A DNA stretch of 64,000 nt. It comes from a virus (lineage: Duplodnaviria > Caudoviricetes). The position numbers were made by a program, and so were the translations under genes. Positions 26,914 through 36,402 of this stretch are shown here, in pieces; within the stretch, counting starts at the first letter, position 1, and each line of letters starts with the position of its first letter. The notes beneath the pieces are model-generated. The model had not been told where the DNA came from. It saw only the letters and a list, made by a program, of their open reading frames with translations, and did no database searches. The stretch is taken from IMG/VR virus record IMGVR_UViG_3300049595_005065; one strand, written 5' to 3'.

Positions 26914-27654
26914 ATGGACACAGCCCAACAAGCAGAAGACCCCGAGCTGTCGGCCTACATCCAGGTCTACGGCAACAAGCGCGCCGTGCTCGAGAGCCTG
27001 AAGAGCTTTCGGGCGCACTACCCGCGGGCAAAGATATCTTTGATCTCCGACGGCGGAGAAAGCTTCGCTGAGTTTGCGCAGCCTTTCCAGCTCTATTACG
27101 AGCACTCGCCGGTGAACACGCTGCCGAGCGCCCGGCTGGCCAACCCTGACTGCGCCCGGGAGTATCTCCGCAGGATCTACCAGCACTGTCAGCGCGCCAG
27201 GAGCCTCTGGGTGCTGATCCTGGAAGAAGACGTGCTCACGTACCGTCGGGTGCGCAAGTATCCGAAAGTTCACAGCGCTGGGCCCCGGAACAACCCGTTC
27301 TCGCGTGAGCTCAACGAGTACCTGAACAACAAGCGGCTCACGTCCGGCGTGGAGTACTTCTACAACCTCAGCGGCGGGGGAGTTTTTCACCGCGAGACTT
27401 TCCTGCTGTGCTACGAGCAAAACCACTTCGACCTGAACTACGCCTGGCTGCTCGACGAGCGCCTGGCGGCCACGGACGCGCTGCTCTCGGCGTTCTTTCT
27501 GGCCAACAACCAAGACAACGTCGCCTGGGAAGAAGTCTCCGAGAAGCACATTGCCAGGCAGGATTTAGTGATCGACCGGGACGCCGCGTTCGACCACAAC
27601 GACAAGCGCTGGTACGGCCAGCCGTTTGACGCGAGCCTGCTGCCGCGCGCTTAA
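26914..27654 (+). CDS. GT-A-like glycosyltransferase (putative)
   Basis: ISLISDGG, VLILEEDV (DxD-like), GGGVF, ATDALLS. Confidence 0.55.
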   Translation: MDTAQQAEDPELSAYIQVYGNKRAVLESLKSFRAHYPRAKISLISDGGESFAEFAQPFQLYYEHSPVNTLPSARLANPDCAREYLRRIYQHCQRARSLWVLILEEDVLTYRRVRKYPKVHSAGPRNNPFSRELNEYLNNKRLTSGVEYFYNLSGGGVFHRETFLLCYEQNHFDLNYAWLLDERLAATDALLSAFFLANNQDNVAWEEVSEKHIARQDLVIDRDAAFDHNDKRWYGQPFDASLLPRA

Positions 27655-27722
27655 AACCAGGCGCTTTCTGGTAAACTGGCCCGGAATAGATATCTATTGC
27701 CAGAGCAGGCAAGGACGCCCGC

Positions 27723-29624
27723 ATGCCCGCAGCCGCTGTTCCACAAGCCGACCTGCACGCGCGCTTTCAGCCCGACTACACGCCCGAGCAGCTCGAGGGC
27801 CTGGGCGTGTACGACGCGCTGTACCGTGGCGCTGCGCCCCGTCTAGCCAGCCTGGGCGAGTGGAAGCCCGAGTGGATCAGCGAGCATGACCCCAAGGGCT
27901 GGGCCCAGTGGTACAAGCGCTACGCCGCCGGACGCAGGATCCCGGGCGAAGACGAGCGCCAGATCAAGCGCTGGCTGAGCTTCAAGTCGCGCCACGGCGG
28001 GCCATTCGCAAAGAACCCCACAGCGCGCCGGGGCTGGGCGCTGCGCAACTGGGCTGTGGATCCCGCGAAGCTTGTGCCCGAGCAGGCGCAGCAGATCAAC
28101 GACATGCTCGAGGAGCGTAAGCGCAAGGCGATGCAGAAGTTCGTCCAGGAGCGCGTGCAGACTGAGAAAGCTGCTGAGCTGGTTCCTGAAGTTCAGCTCC
28201 AGGAGCACCAGCAGCGCGTTGCCGATAGAGTCTCCACAGGCGACCCCCGCTTGCTCGTCTATCACGGCCTGGGCTCTGGGAAGTCTCTCTCGGCGCTGGC
28301 TGCGGCCGAGGCTGCCAGGAAAGTCCACGGCGATAACTACGGCGTGGTAGTCCCGGCCAGTTTGCGCGGCAACTTCCAGAAGGAAGTCAAGAAGTTCACC
28401 CGGAACTCCAGCCCCGAGATCCTGAGCTACACGGGCCTGGCGCTGGGCAAGCGCTTTCAGAATCCAGCCGACACGGTGGTCATGGACGAGGCGCAGCGCT
28501 TGCGTAATCCGACCTCGGGGGCGACCCAGGGCGCCAAGCAGCTCGCCCGCCAGGCCAAGAGACTCGTGCTTCTCTCGGGCACGCCGATCACGAACTCGCC
28601 GACTGACCTGGCGAGTTTGATATCTTTGCTCGACAACAAGAACATGTCGCCGCAGGAGTTCGAGCAGAAGTTCATTGGGTACAAGAAAAAGTTCCCTGGC
28701 CTGCTTAAGTATCTTCAGGGCGCGCAGTCAGGCGAGGAACCATACGTCAAGAACGAGGGCGAGCTGCGCAAGATGCTCGCCGGAAAAGTTGACTACCAGC
28801 CGAGCAAGACTCCCCAGGGAGTGACAGTCAACGAAGAGACCGTGCAGGTGCCGCTCTCGGGCGAGCAGGAGCGCATCCAGCGCGCCATTCGGACGCGCAT
28901 TCCGCCAGGGTTTCTCTGGAAGCTCGACCAGGAGTTCCCGCTCTCGCGCGACGAGCTGAACAAGCTGAATAGCTTCTTGACTGGCCTGCGGCAGGTGAGT
29001 CTCTCGACGCAGCCATTTCGGGCCGACAAGAATCCGCTCAAGGCGTTCGACCAGTCGAGCAAGCTGCGCGAGGCCATGAAGCGCCTGCGCGAGAACCTGG
29101 ATGCTGACCCGCGGCGCAAGGCGATCGTCTACTCAAACTTCATCGACTCTGGCATTCAGCCGTACGCCCGGGCGCTCGAGCGGGACAAGATTCCTTACGG
29201 GATCTTCCACGGCGGGATCCCTGTGGCCCAGCGCCAGCAAGCACTCAAAGACTACAACGAGGGCAAGCTCAGAGCTTTGCTGCTGGGCCCAGCCGCCGCC
29301 GAGGGAATCTCGACCAAGGGCACCAGTCTCATTCAGCTCCTGGACCCGTACTGGCACGAATCGCGCACGCAGCAGGCCCGCGGCAGAGGTTTGCGCTTCG
29401 ACTCGCACGAGGGCCTGCCCGAGGAGCTCAAGAACGTCGCGGTGCAAAGATATCTTTCGACGAGCAAAGAGCCTGGCTTGTTTAGCAAGTACGTGCTGGG
29501 CCGCCGACGGGAGCGCACCGGCGACGAGGTTTTGCAGCACCTGGCCGACAAGAAAGAGCAGCTCAACGAGGCCTTCCGCAAAATCCTGCGTGAAGTGGGG
29601 ACGCCGCGCGAGACAGTACAATAG
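27723..29624 (+). CDS. SF2 (SNF2/D6-D11-like) helicase with an extra N-terminal domain
   Basis: LLVYHGLGSGKS, VVMDEAQRLRN, LLSGTP, AEGISTKG, QQARGRGLRFDSH. Confidence 0.9.
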   Translation: MPAAAVPQADLHARFQPDYTPEQLEGLGVYDALYRGAAPRLASLGEWKPEWISEHDPKGWAQWYKRYAAGRRIPGEDERQIKRWLSFKSRHGGPFAKNPTARRGWALRNWAVDPAKLVPEQAQQINDMLEERKRKAMQKFVQERVQTEKAAELVPEVQLQEHQQRVADRVSTGDPRLLVYHGLGSGKSLSALAAAEAARKVHGDNYGVVVPASLRGNFQKEVKKFTRNSSPEILSYTGLALGKRFQNPADTVVMDEAQRLRNPTSGATQGAKQLARQAKRLVLLSGTPITNSPTDLASLISLLDNKNMSPQEFEQKFIGYKKKFPGLLKYLQGAQSGEEPYVKNEGELRKMLAGKVDYQPSKTPQGVTVNEETVQVPLSGEQERIQRAIRTRIPPGFLWKLDQEFPLSRDELNKLNSFLTGLRQVSLSTQPFRADKNPLKAFDQSSKLREAMKRLRENLDADPRRKAIVYSNFIDSGIQPYARALERDKIPYGIFHGGIPVAQRQQALKDYNEGKLRALLLGPAAAEGISTKGTSLIQLLDPYWHESRTQQARGRGLRFDSHEGLPEELKNVAVQRYLSTSKEPGLFSKYVLGRRRERTGDEVLQHLADKKEQLNEAFRKILREVGTPRETVQ

Positions 29625-29670
29625 CGGCTGGTGTGCTGGATTCTCTTGCTGATTTCCAAGGACGGAAACC

Positions 29671-31806
29671 ATGCCGACTCCCCTGACCCGTGTTTTCCGG
29701 CTGCTGCGCTTCTTTGCGACGCGGCGGCGCGCCGTGAACGAAACGACTGGCGTGCCCACGGATCTGCTGCCAGGCGAGATCGCTTACGGCGAGGACGAGA
29801 ACACGGTCTACATCGGCCGCACTGATGGCTCAGTAGGTATTCTCGCCTCGGGCGGCTCTGTTGGCCCGACTGGTCCCACGGGACCGACAGGCCCCGCAGG
29901 GACGCCCGGTGCCACAGGACCGTCTGGTGCGCGCGGTTTTGTCGGAGCCACCGGCGCCACGGGCGTTACTGGCGCCACGGGGCCCTCGGGAGCTTCCGGC
30001 GCGCGTGGTCCCACAGGAGCTACCGGCGCGACAGGCGCAACAGGTCCGTCTGGTCCAAGCGGTGTACCGGGTTTGCAGGGACCGACGGGCTTGCAGGGCC
30101 TGCCCGGCTCGACGGGGCCGACCGGTCCAACTGGTCCCGCCGGGCCTACTGGTGTTGGTGCGACAGGCGCCACAGGGGCCACGGGACCGACCGGTCCAAC
30201 TGGTCCCGCCGGGCCTACTGGTGTTGGTGCGACAGGCGCCACAGGGGCCACGGGACCGACGGGGCCTTCTGGCGCCGCAGGGTCTACTGGCCCATCGGGC
30301 GTGGGCTTTAACTGGCGCGGAGAATATCAGAACCCAGAAGTCTACGGGCCCTACAACGTCAATGATGTTGTGCTGTTCAACGGCAGCGCGTACATCTGTT
30401 TGCAGTACATGTCAGGTTTGATTGACCCGGAAACAATTCCTGACGGGCCCGATTATTGGGCGCTGTTTGCGGCAGGCGGAACTGCGGGATTGAACGGCGC
30501 GCCCGGCGCTACGGGACCAACAGGCCCAGCGGGCGCCACGGGACCCGCAGGCCCGACAGGCGCTACAGGCCCCACAGGCCCCGCGGGGCCGACAGGCGCG
30601 ACAGGCGCGACGGGACCTAGCGGTTCGGTTGGTGCCACGGGACCAACAGGGCCGTCAGGCGCTGACGGCAAAAGCGTCACGATTCTGGGCAGCTACAGCA
30701 GCGAGAGCGCGTTAATTGCAGCGCAGCCGACTGGTGCCGAAGGCGACGCATATCTTGTTGCTGGCAATTTGTACGTTTGGTCTTCAAACACGGCGACGTG
30801 GACTAACGTTGGCAATATCCAAGGGCCGCAAGGCGCCACCGGTCCGACCGGTCCGACTGGCGCTACTGGCGCTACTGGGACCCCGGGCGCAACTGGCGCA
30901 ACTGGCGCTACGGGGCCGACCGGCCCTCAAGGCGCGACCGGTGCCACTGGTCCCACCGGGCCAAGCGCGCTTAGCGCTGATTTCACCGTGCTGGCCGTTT
31001 CGCAGGGCGCGTACAGCGACGGCATGGTTATTTCGGCGGGCACAGCGATTGAGACGATCATCAAGAACATGCTGCAGGTTGTGGTGCCGCCAAACTACGC
31101 CGCGCCAACGCTTGCGCTAGGGAGCAATATCGCGATTACGGAGATCGGCACGACGGTCTCGCCTACGCTTACGCCGACCTGGACACAGAACGACGCCGGA
31201 ACAGCGACGGCATACACTCTCAAGCGCGGCGGCTCGGGCGGCACGACGATCTACAGCGCGGCAAGCCCGGCGGCCTACACCGACTCCTCGGCGTATCAGC
31301 TTACGACCGCGACGCAGTACTACGCGCGCACTGATTACGGCCAGGGCCCGCTCAAGCAGGACAACACCGGCGCTGACTTTCCAACTGGTCGTATCGCCGC
31401 AGGCTTTAAGGAAGCTACGGCAACGCTCACGCCGCGGCGGCGCGTGTTTTACTGGGCTGACACTAGCACGGATATCCCAACGACCAGGGCGCAGTTTATC
31501 GCGGCGCACGCGACGCCTGTGTTTTTTATCGCCTCGGGGCTTGAGATTGCGATTCCCCAAGGCGCCAAACGCGTGGTGATTGCCGTACCGCAGAGCGCTG
31601 GTTTGACCCTGAACACAAACTCAATCTTCTATGTGCAGCTCAACGGTTTTGTAGGTGACACGTTTACGTTGTTGAATCCGGCACCGCTGATTGGCGGCGC
31701 AAGTGATTACTCGCCGATCGCCTACACTGTGTACTACTACATCACGGGCTCGGGTTTTGGCAGCGCCGCCACGTATCGTCTGCTCTTTACGGTGAACGCC
31801 ACATGA
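29671..31806 (+). CDS. collagen-like (Gly-X-Y) fibre protein
   Basis: Three long GPT/GAT/GPS tracts; N-terminal [16 protein letters not shown] anchor-like motif. Confidence 0.85.
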   Translation: MPTPLTRVFRLLRFFATRRRAVNETTGVPTDLLPGEIAYGEDENTVYIGRTDGSVGILASGGSVGPTGPTGPTGPAGTPGATGPSGARGFVGATGATGVTGATGPSGASGARGPTGATGATGATGPSGPSGVPGLQGPTGLQGLPGSTGPTGPTGPAGPTGVGATGATGATGPTGPTGPAGPTGVGATGATGATGPTGPSGAAGSTGPSGVGFNWRGEYQNPEVYGPYNVNDVVLFNGSAYICLQYMSGLIDPETIPDGPDYWALFAAGGTAGLNGAPGATGPTGPAGATGPAGPTGATGPTGPAGPTGATGATGPSGSVGATGPTGPSGADGKSVTILGSYSSESALIAAQPTGAEGDAYLVAGNLYVWSSNTATWTNVGNIQGPQGATGPTGPTGATGATGTPGATGATGATGPTGPQGATGATGPTGPSALSADFTVLAVSQGAYSDGMVISAGTAIETIIKNMLQVVVPPNYAAPTLALGSNIAITEIGTTVSPTLTPTWTQNDAGTATAYTLKRGGSGGTTIYSAASPAAYTDSSAYQLTTATQYYARTDYGQGPLKQDNTGADFPTGRIAAGFKEATATLTPRRRVFYWADTSTDIPTTRAQFIAAHATPVFFIASGLEIAIPQGAKRVVIAVPQSAGLTLNTNSIFYVQLNGFVGDTFTLLNPAPLIGGASDYSPIAYTVYYYITGSGFGSAATYRLLFTVNAT
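30121..30258 (+). repeat. 69-bp perfect tandem duplication inside the collagen tract
   Basis: The 23-codon unit [23 protein letters not shown] repeats at 30121 and 30190. Confidence 0.8.
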
Positions 31807-32564
31807 GTACGCCGCTTCCAACACCAAAAGGCTATCAACGTCTTGGTAGCTTTCCCTTGGACAGCACTGCAGTCTTTGAGACTTACGCGGCGCTGTCGGC
31901 GTACGCAAGCGACACCAGCAGCGCGGCTTACGTTGGGCAAATTTGTGCTGTCAACACGGGCACCGCGGTTACGATCTACGTCATTGAAACTAACAGATCG
32001 CTGCGCGAGCTGGGGACGCAAGGGCCTACCGGCCCAACCGGTGTTGGTGTGACCGGCGCTACCGGACCTACTGGGCCTTCAGGTGTGCCCGGTGTGACTG
32101 GACCTACCGGTCCATCTGGCGTGCCTGGTGTGACTGGGCCTACCGGACCGTCGGGTGTGACTGGACCTACTGGTCCATCTGGCGTGCCAGGCGTCACAGG
32201 ACCCACTGGACTCACTGGGCCTTCGGGTGTGCCAGGCGCTACTGGGCCTACTGGACCTACTGGGCCCTCGGGTGTGCCCGGTGTGACTGGATCTACCGGT
32301 CCATCTGGCGTGCCGGGCGTCACAGGACCCACTGGGCCTTCAGGTGTGCCTGGTGTGACTGGGCCTACTGGTCCCTCGGGTGTGCCAGGCGCTACTGGGC
32401 CTACTGGTCCTTCGGGTGTTCCCGGTGTGACTGGGCCTACTGGTCCCTCGGGTGTGCCAGGCGCTACTGGGCCTACTGGCGCCTCAGTGCTTGCCGCGCT
32501 TACAATTTCAGGCGGTTCTGTGTCGCCGTTGCTTCTTGATGTCGTTTACCAGGTGGATTCATGA
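31803..32564 (+). CDS. collagen-like fibre protein
   Basis: Iterated 12-aa unit [12 protein letters not shown]. Confidence 0.85.
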   Translation: MSTPLPTPKGYQRLGSFPLDSTAVFETYAALSAYASDTSSAAYVGQICAVNTGTAVTIYVIETNRSLRELGTQGPTGPTGVGVTGATGPTGPSGVPGVTGPTGPSGVPGVTGPTGPSGVTGPTGPSGVPGVTGPTGLTGPSGVPGATGPTGPTGPSGVPGVTGSTGPSGVPGVTGPTGPSGVPGVTGPTGPSGVPGATGPTGPSGVPGVTGPTGPSGVPGATGPTGASVLAALTISGGSVSPLLLDVVYQVDS

Positions 32565-33850
32565 CTACGTTCAACACGCACGTTTCTTTTGACCACGTGC
32601 GCAACACCGCGGCGGGTTTTACGACCGCAAACCCGATTCTGGGCTATGGCGTAATCGGTCTCGAGACTGACACGGGCAACATTAAGATCGGCAACGGTAC
32701 GCAATCCTGGACTGCGCTGCCGTACTCAAATGTGCCGGACGCGCCAGACGACGGAGTGATCTACGGCCGCAAGGACGGGGAGTGGGTGGATATGACCAGC
32801 GAGGCGAACCTGCAGGTTCGCCGCGGTACGGCGGCCGAGGTGGCGGCAATCACGCCGCTCGAGGGCGAACCGGTGTGGACAACGGACGCAAAGCGTCTTT
32901 ACGTCGGCGACGGCGTCACACAAGGTGGAATCGACGTCGGGGCGTTTCCGCTCAACGCCATCCGGCCGAGTAGCACGGTAAGCACTCTCACGCCGGGGAG
33001 AATATTTGCTGCTAGCCAGATGGAAATTTATGGACAAATTGCCGGTACAACCTACGTTGCTGGCAATACGCGCGGCAGCGGCGCAGTGGATTTTCAAACG
33101 ATACGATCCGCTGCAACCCAAGTCGCCAGCGGCGGGCATTCGACTATTGTTAACGGAACTTTTAACGCTGCTACGAACCAAAGGGCAACCGTGCTCAACG
33201 GCATAAATTGCACGGCAAGCGGCGCTGATTCTACGGTGTTGGGCGGCTATGCCAGCACGGCGAGCGGTACAAATTCGCTAGCCTTTCATGGTACGGCGAG
33301 TGCCACGTCTTCGGTGGCTTTTCACGGCACGGCGTCTGGCTTTCGGTCTGTCTCGTTCAGCGGCACCGCCAGCGGCGAAAACGCGGTCGCGCTGGGCGGC
33401 ACGGCAGACCGGCACTACATGCTCGCGCGGGCCGGAGGGACGATCACAAACTTTACGGGGCGTGGGCAGGAAGTGGCGCTGGTCATGCGCGGCTACACGA
33501 CCGACACCACCGCGACCGAACTGACCCTGGGCGGCACCGGCACGCCGAAATTGACGATTCCTAACAACGTTTTGCTGTCAGGCGTTGTCGAAATCGTCGG
33601 GACAAAAACGGCCGACGCCACTGTGGCGTGCCACTATCTGCGAAAGTTCACCATCAGAAACGTCTCCAACACGACAACGCTGATCGAATCCGCCAGCGTG
33701 GTGGGAACCGACTACGAAACTGACGCGGGTCTTGAAGTGAGCCTGTCAGCGGACGATACGGGCGATTTTCTCAAAATCGAAGTCACCGGTTTGGCGGCGA
33801 CGAACATGCGGTGGCTTGCCATTGTTCGCGGCGCGGAGATTGCATTGTGA
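32561..33850 (+). CDS. tail fibre/adhesin with two Mtd-N/hyaluronidase-N-like motifs and YadA-head-like repeats
   Basis: [24 protein letters not shown]...[18 protein letters not shown], repeats of the type ASGxxSxAF. Confidence 0.75.
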   Translation: MTTFNTHVSFDHVRNTAAGFTTANPILGYGVIGLETDTGNIKIGNGTQSWTALPYSNVPDAPDDGVIYGRKDGEWVDMTSEANLQVRRGTAAEVAAITPLEGEPVWTTDAKRLYVGDGVTQGGIDVGAFPLNAIRPSSTVSTLTPGRIFAASQMEIYGQIAGTTYVAGNTRGSGAVDFQTIRSAATQVASGGHSTIVNGTFNAATNQRATVLNGINCTASGADSTVLGGYASTASGTNSLAFHGTASATSSVAFHGTASGFRSVSFSGTASGENAVALGGTADRHYMLARAGGTITNFTGRGQEVALVMRGYTTDTTATELTLGGTGTPKLTIPNNVLLSGVVEIVGTKTADATVACHYLRKFTIRNVSNTTTLIESASVVGTDYETDAGLEVSLSADDTGDFLKIEVTGLAATNMRWLAIVRGAEIAL

Positions 33851-35124
33851 CCGTTGCAAGAAACTTCCCACGCAACTGCGGCCTAGCCACTACCGCGTCT
33901 TTTGCTCGCCAGTTCGCAAAAAAGACTGTCTCTGCGGAACCATTGTCGCTCTCGGCGCGCGCCGCTCCGGTGATCACGGCTCTCCCGACCAATCAGGTCC
34001 AGACGGTCATCGGGGATCGCGTCGTTTTGCGAAGTTCGTCAACTGTTTACGTTGACAATGTCGAGGCGCTGGCGACGCGGCGAAATGGTTATTTTGACGC
34101 CGTGCGCTTTGTTTCTGACACACCGGCCGTGGTGTCGGGCGGCGCAGAAACGCAGGACGGATCGTATCTTTTCGCGTACGTCGCTGATGGCGTTGCAAGG
34201 CTACGCGCGGAAACGAAAGGCGGCTTTCAGACCGCGATTGCGCAGGTTGTTTCGTCCGGCTCGGCGTCTCCAGACGACGTGTGGGCAAACTGGAACTCCG
34301 GGTCGTTGGCAGAAAGCCTCGTGGCGACGTTTCTCAGCCGCGCGAACGTGGCTGGTCGGGATATGCCCATCTTCTCGACGATGAATCACGGGGCGTCGCA
34401 GTACGTTGTGAATCAAAACTGCTGGTTGAGCGACATTGACATGTCGTTCATCAGTCCGTGGAACAGCATTGGCGGGCAAAACCGCGCGGGCGTGCTAATT
34501 TCTCCGCGGCACGTGCTGTTCTGCAATCACTACCCGCTTGCGGCCAACGCGACGATTCGTTTTGTCAGGACGACTGGCGTCGGCGCTGGCACGGTGGAAA
34601 ACAGAACGATCACCGCCGTGGCGACCAACGCGTCGCTCGATTTTTGCGTCGGCCTTCTCGATCAGCCAAGCGAAACGCCGTTTTGCAAAGTGCTTTCGGC
34701 GCCAATCAATCAATACATTCCCAGCATGGTTTATCCGCGCGTCAATAACTACTTGAGCAACTTTCAACCACGCCTGCCGCTGATTTCTACTAATCAGGAC
34801 AAGCACATTGGCTACAAGAGCCTCATCGAGTGCGCGACAAGCTGGTCTTCTTTTAATTCTGGGATTAATGTCTCGGGCCAGACAGCGCTCGTGGACTACG
34901 CGCACCTCCAGCCGTACGTGCGGATTGGTTGTTCCGGCCATCCGGTGTTTTTGCTCATTGGAGCCGAGCTGGCACTGGTCGGCCTCTATTATGGCGCCGG
35001 GTTTGGCTTCGGCTCGTTTGGGTCGGCGGCAGTCCACACGGCCGTCAACGCTATGATGACCACGCTCGGCGGCGGCCACCAGCTCACGGCGGTCGATCTA
35101 AGCAGCTTCCCGACTTACGCCTGA
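33847..35124 (+). CDS. protein with C-terminal trypsin-like peptidase domain
   Basis: AGVLISPRHVLFCNHY (His), SLDFCVGLL (Asp), IGCSGHPVF (Ser; GDSG-like). Confidence 0.65.
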   Translation: MTVARNFPRNCGLATTASFARQFAKKTVSAEPLSLSARAAPVITALPTNQVQTVIGDRVVLRSSSTVYVDNVEALATRRNGYFDAVRFVSDTPAVVSGGAETQDGSYLFAYVADGVARLRAETKGGFQTAIAQVVSSGSASPDDVWANWNSGSLAESLVATFLSRANVAGRDMPIFSTMNHGASQYVVNQNCWLSDIDMSFISPWNSIGGQNRAGVLISPRHVLFCNHYPLAANATIRFVRTTGVGAGTVENRTITAVATNASLDFCVGLLDQPSETPFCKVLSAPINQYIPSMVYPRVNNYLSNFQPRLPLISTNQDKHIGYKSLIECATSWSSFNSGINVSGQTALVDYAHLQPYVRIGCSGHPVFLLIGAELALVGLYYGAGFGFGSFGSAAVHTAVNAMMTTLGGGHQLTAVDLSSFPTYA

Positions 35125-35166
35125 GCCACAGATCTGTAAGATATCCGGCGTCTTTCTTCTTACCGA

Positions 35167-35580
35167 ATGGAGTGCCCCGTGAGCGTCCTCGACAAACCTG
35201 CCGCGCCTCTTCCACCGCCACCCGCAACCAGAGTTGCCGCGCATCTTCGGCAGACTACGCGCGATACGTTCCACCAACTGGCGCAGGTGTTCAACCAGGG
35301 CGCTAAGCAATTCTGGAAAAACCCGCGCGCCACGCCCGCCGAGATCGCCGCGGCGCTGGGCCCGCAGGCCGTGGAGGTGTTTCAGCTACACGGCAAGATC
35401 GGCGCGCTGCTGGCCCAGGTCAAGCCCGAAAGCATTGCCGAGGGCGTGGCCGTTGTGGGTCAGTTCACCTACAACGAGGACGGCACGGTCACGGTGCTTG
35501 AAAACCCGCCGCCCATTCCGGTTGACCCTGCGCCTGAACTAGACGTGCCGTTTGAGACGCCGGAGCAGCTTGTTGAATAG
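35167..35580 (+). CDS. hypothetical protein (tail cluster)
   Basis: 137 aa; alternative GTG start at 35179. Confidence 0.7.
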   Translation: MECPVSVLDKPAAPLPPPPATRVAAHLRQTTRDTFHQLAQVFNQGAKQFWKNPRATPAEIAAALGPQAVEVFQLHGKIGALLAQVKPESIAEGVAVVGQFTYNEDGTVTVLENPPPIPVDPAPELDVPFETPEQLVE

Positions 35581-35590
35581 ATATCTTTGA

Positions 35591-35663
35591 CCCGGGGTAG
35601 AGAAATCAGTATCTCGCCACGCTCATAACGTGGAGATTACGGGCGCGAATCCCGTCCCCGGCA
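35591..35663 (+). tRNA. tRNA(CAU), initiator-like but atypical
   Basis: Acceptor CCCGGGG/CCCCGGC (C1:C72 mismatch), D-stem GAGA/TCTC, anticodon arm CCACG-CTCATAA-CGTGG, T-arm ACGGG-CGCGAAT-CCCGT, discriminator A, no CCA. Confidence 0.8.
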
Positions 35664-35822
35664 TTTGATTTTGACCGCCCCGCCAGCTGTTTCGATAGCT
35701 GGCCGCCCGCCCCAGGTAAAACCAGTTGCTTGGGGCGGCGCTCTTTTGCGCCAGCGCAGCTCAGTCGGTGCTCGGTTTGATATCATTGAGGCGTAAAACC
35801 TAGCAATTCCTCGGACGCCACC

Positions 35823-36359
35823 ATGGTCCGCAAGAAGATCTCCGAGCTTGAACCCAAGGGCAACCTGGCGCCGACGGACATCATTCCGATCGTCGACACG
35901 GAGTTGAATCGGCGCAAAACCAAGCGCACCACGGTTCAGGACCTGATCAACGAAGTCAACGCCGTGACGCAGCCCGAAAAGGGCGCAGCTGGCGGCGTGG
36001 CCACCCTAGACAGCAATGCCCGGCTTCAACCCGCGCAGCTGCCCGCCCTGGCTGTGACTGAGACCTTTTCAGTCAGCTCGGAAGAGGCCATGCTGGCCCT
36101 GCCCGCGCAGATGGGCGACCTGGCCGTGCGCGAAGACAACCAGGAGGTCTACGTCCTCCAAGGCCAGAATCCCACGGTGCTCGACAACTGGGTGCGCATT
36201 AGTCAGGCGCCGATAGCTCCCTCAGCCGTCACTCTTGAACAACTGGCGAACGTAGATGATACAATACCACCTGACCGGGCGGTCCTAGTTTACGACCCCG
36301 ATACGTACCAGTGGCGCCCCGCTAAACTCGAACGCCTCACGGATGGCGGCGAGTACTGA
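35823..36359 (+). CDS. tail-associated structural protein (putative)
   Basis: KKISEL...DIIPIVD, GGVATLDSNARL, AQMGDLAVRED and LANVDDT..DRAVLVYD motifs typical of phage fibre proteins. Confidence 0.7.
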   Translation: MVRKKISELEPKGNLAPTDIIPIVDTELNRRKTKRTTVQDLINEVNAVTQPEKGAAGGVATLDSNARLQPAQLPALAVTETFSVSSEEAMLALPAQMGDLAVREDNQEVYVLQGQNPTVLDNWVRISQAPIAPSAVTLEQLANVDDTIPPDRAVLVYDPDTYQWRPAKLERLTDGGEY

Positions 36360-36402
36360 CAAAACACCGCAATAAAGATCCCCGCAGCAACGGAGTGCTC
36401 CC

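Noticed and set aside
29870-32480. Short periodic repeats as a possible CRISPR array
   Set aside because: They are in-frame Gly-X-Y codons with no unique spacers and no cas genes.
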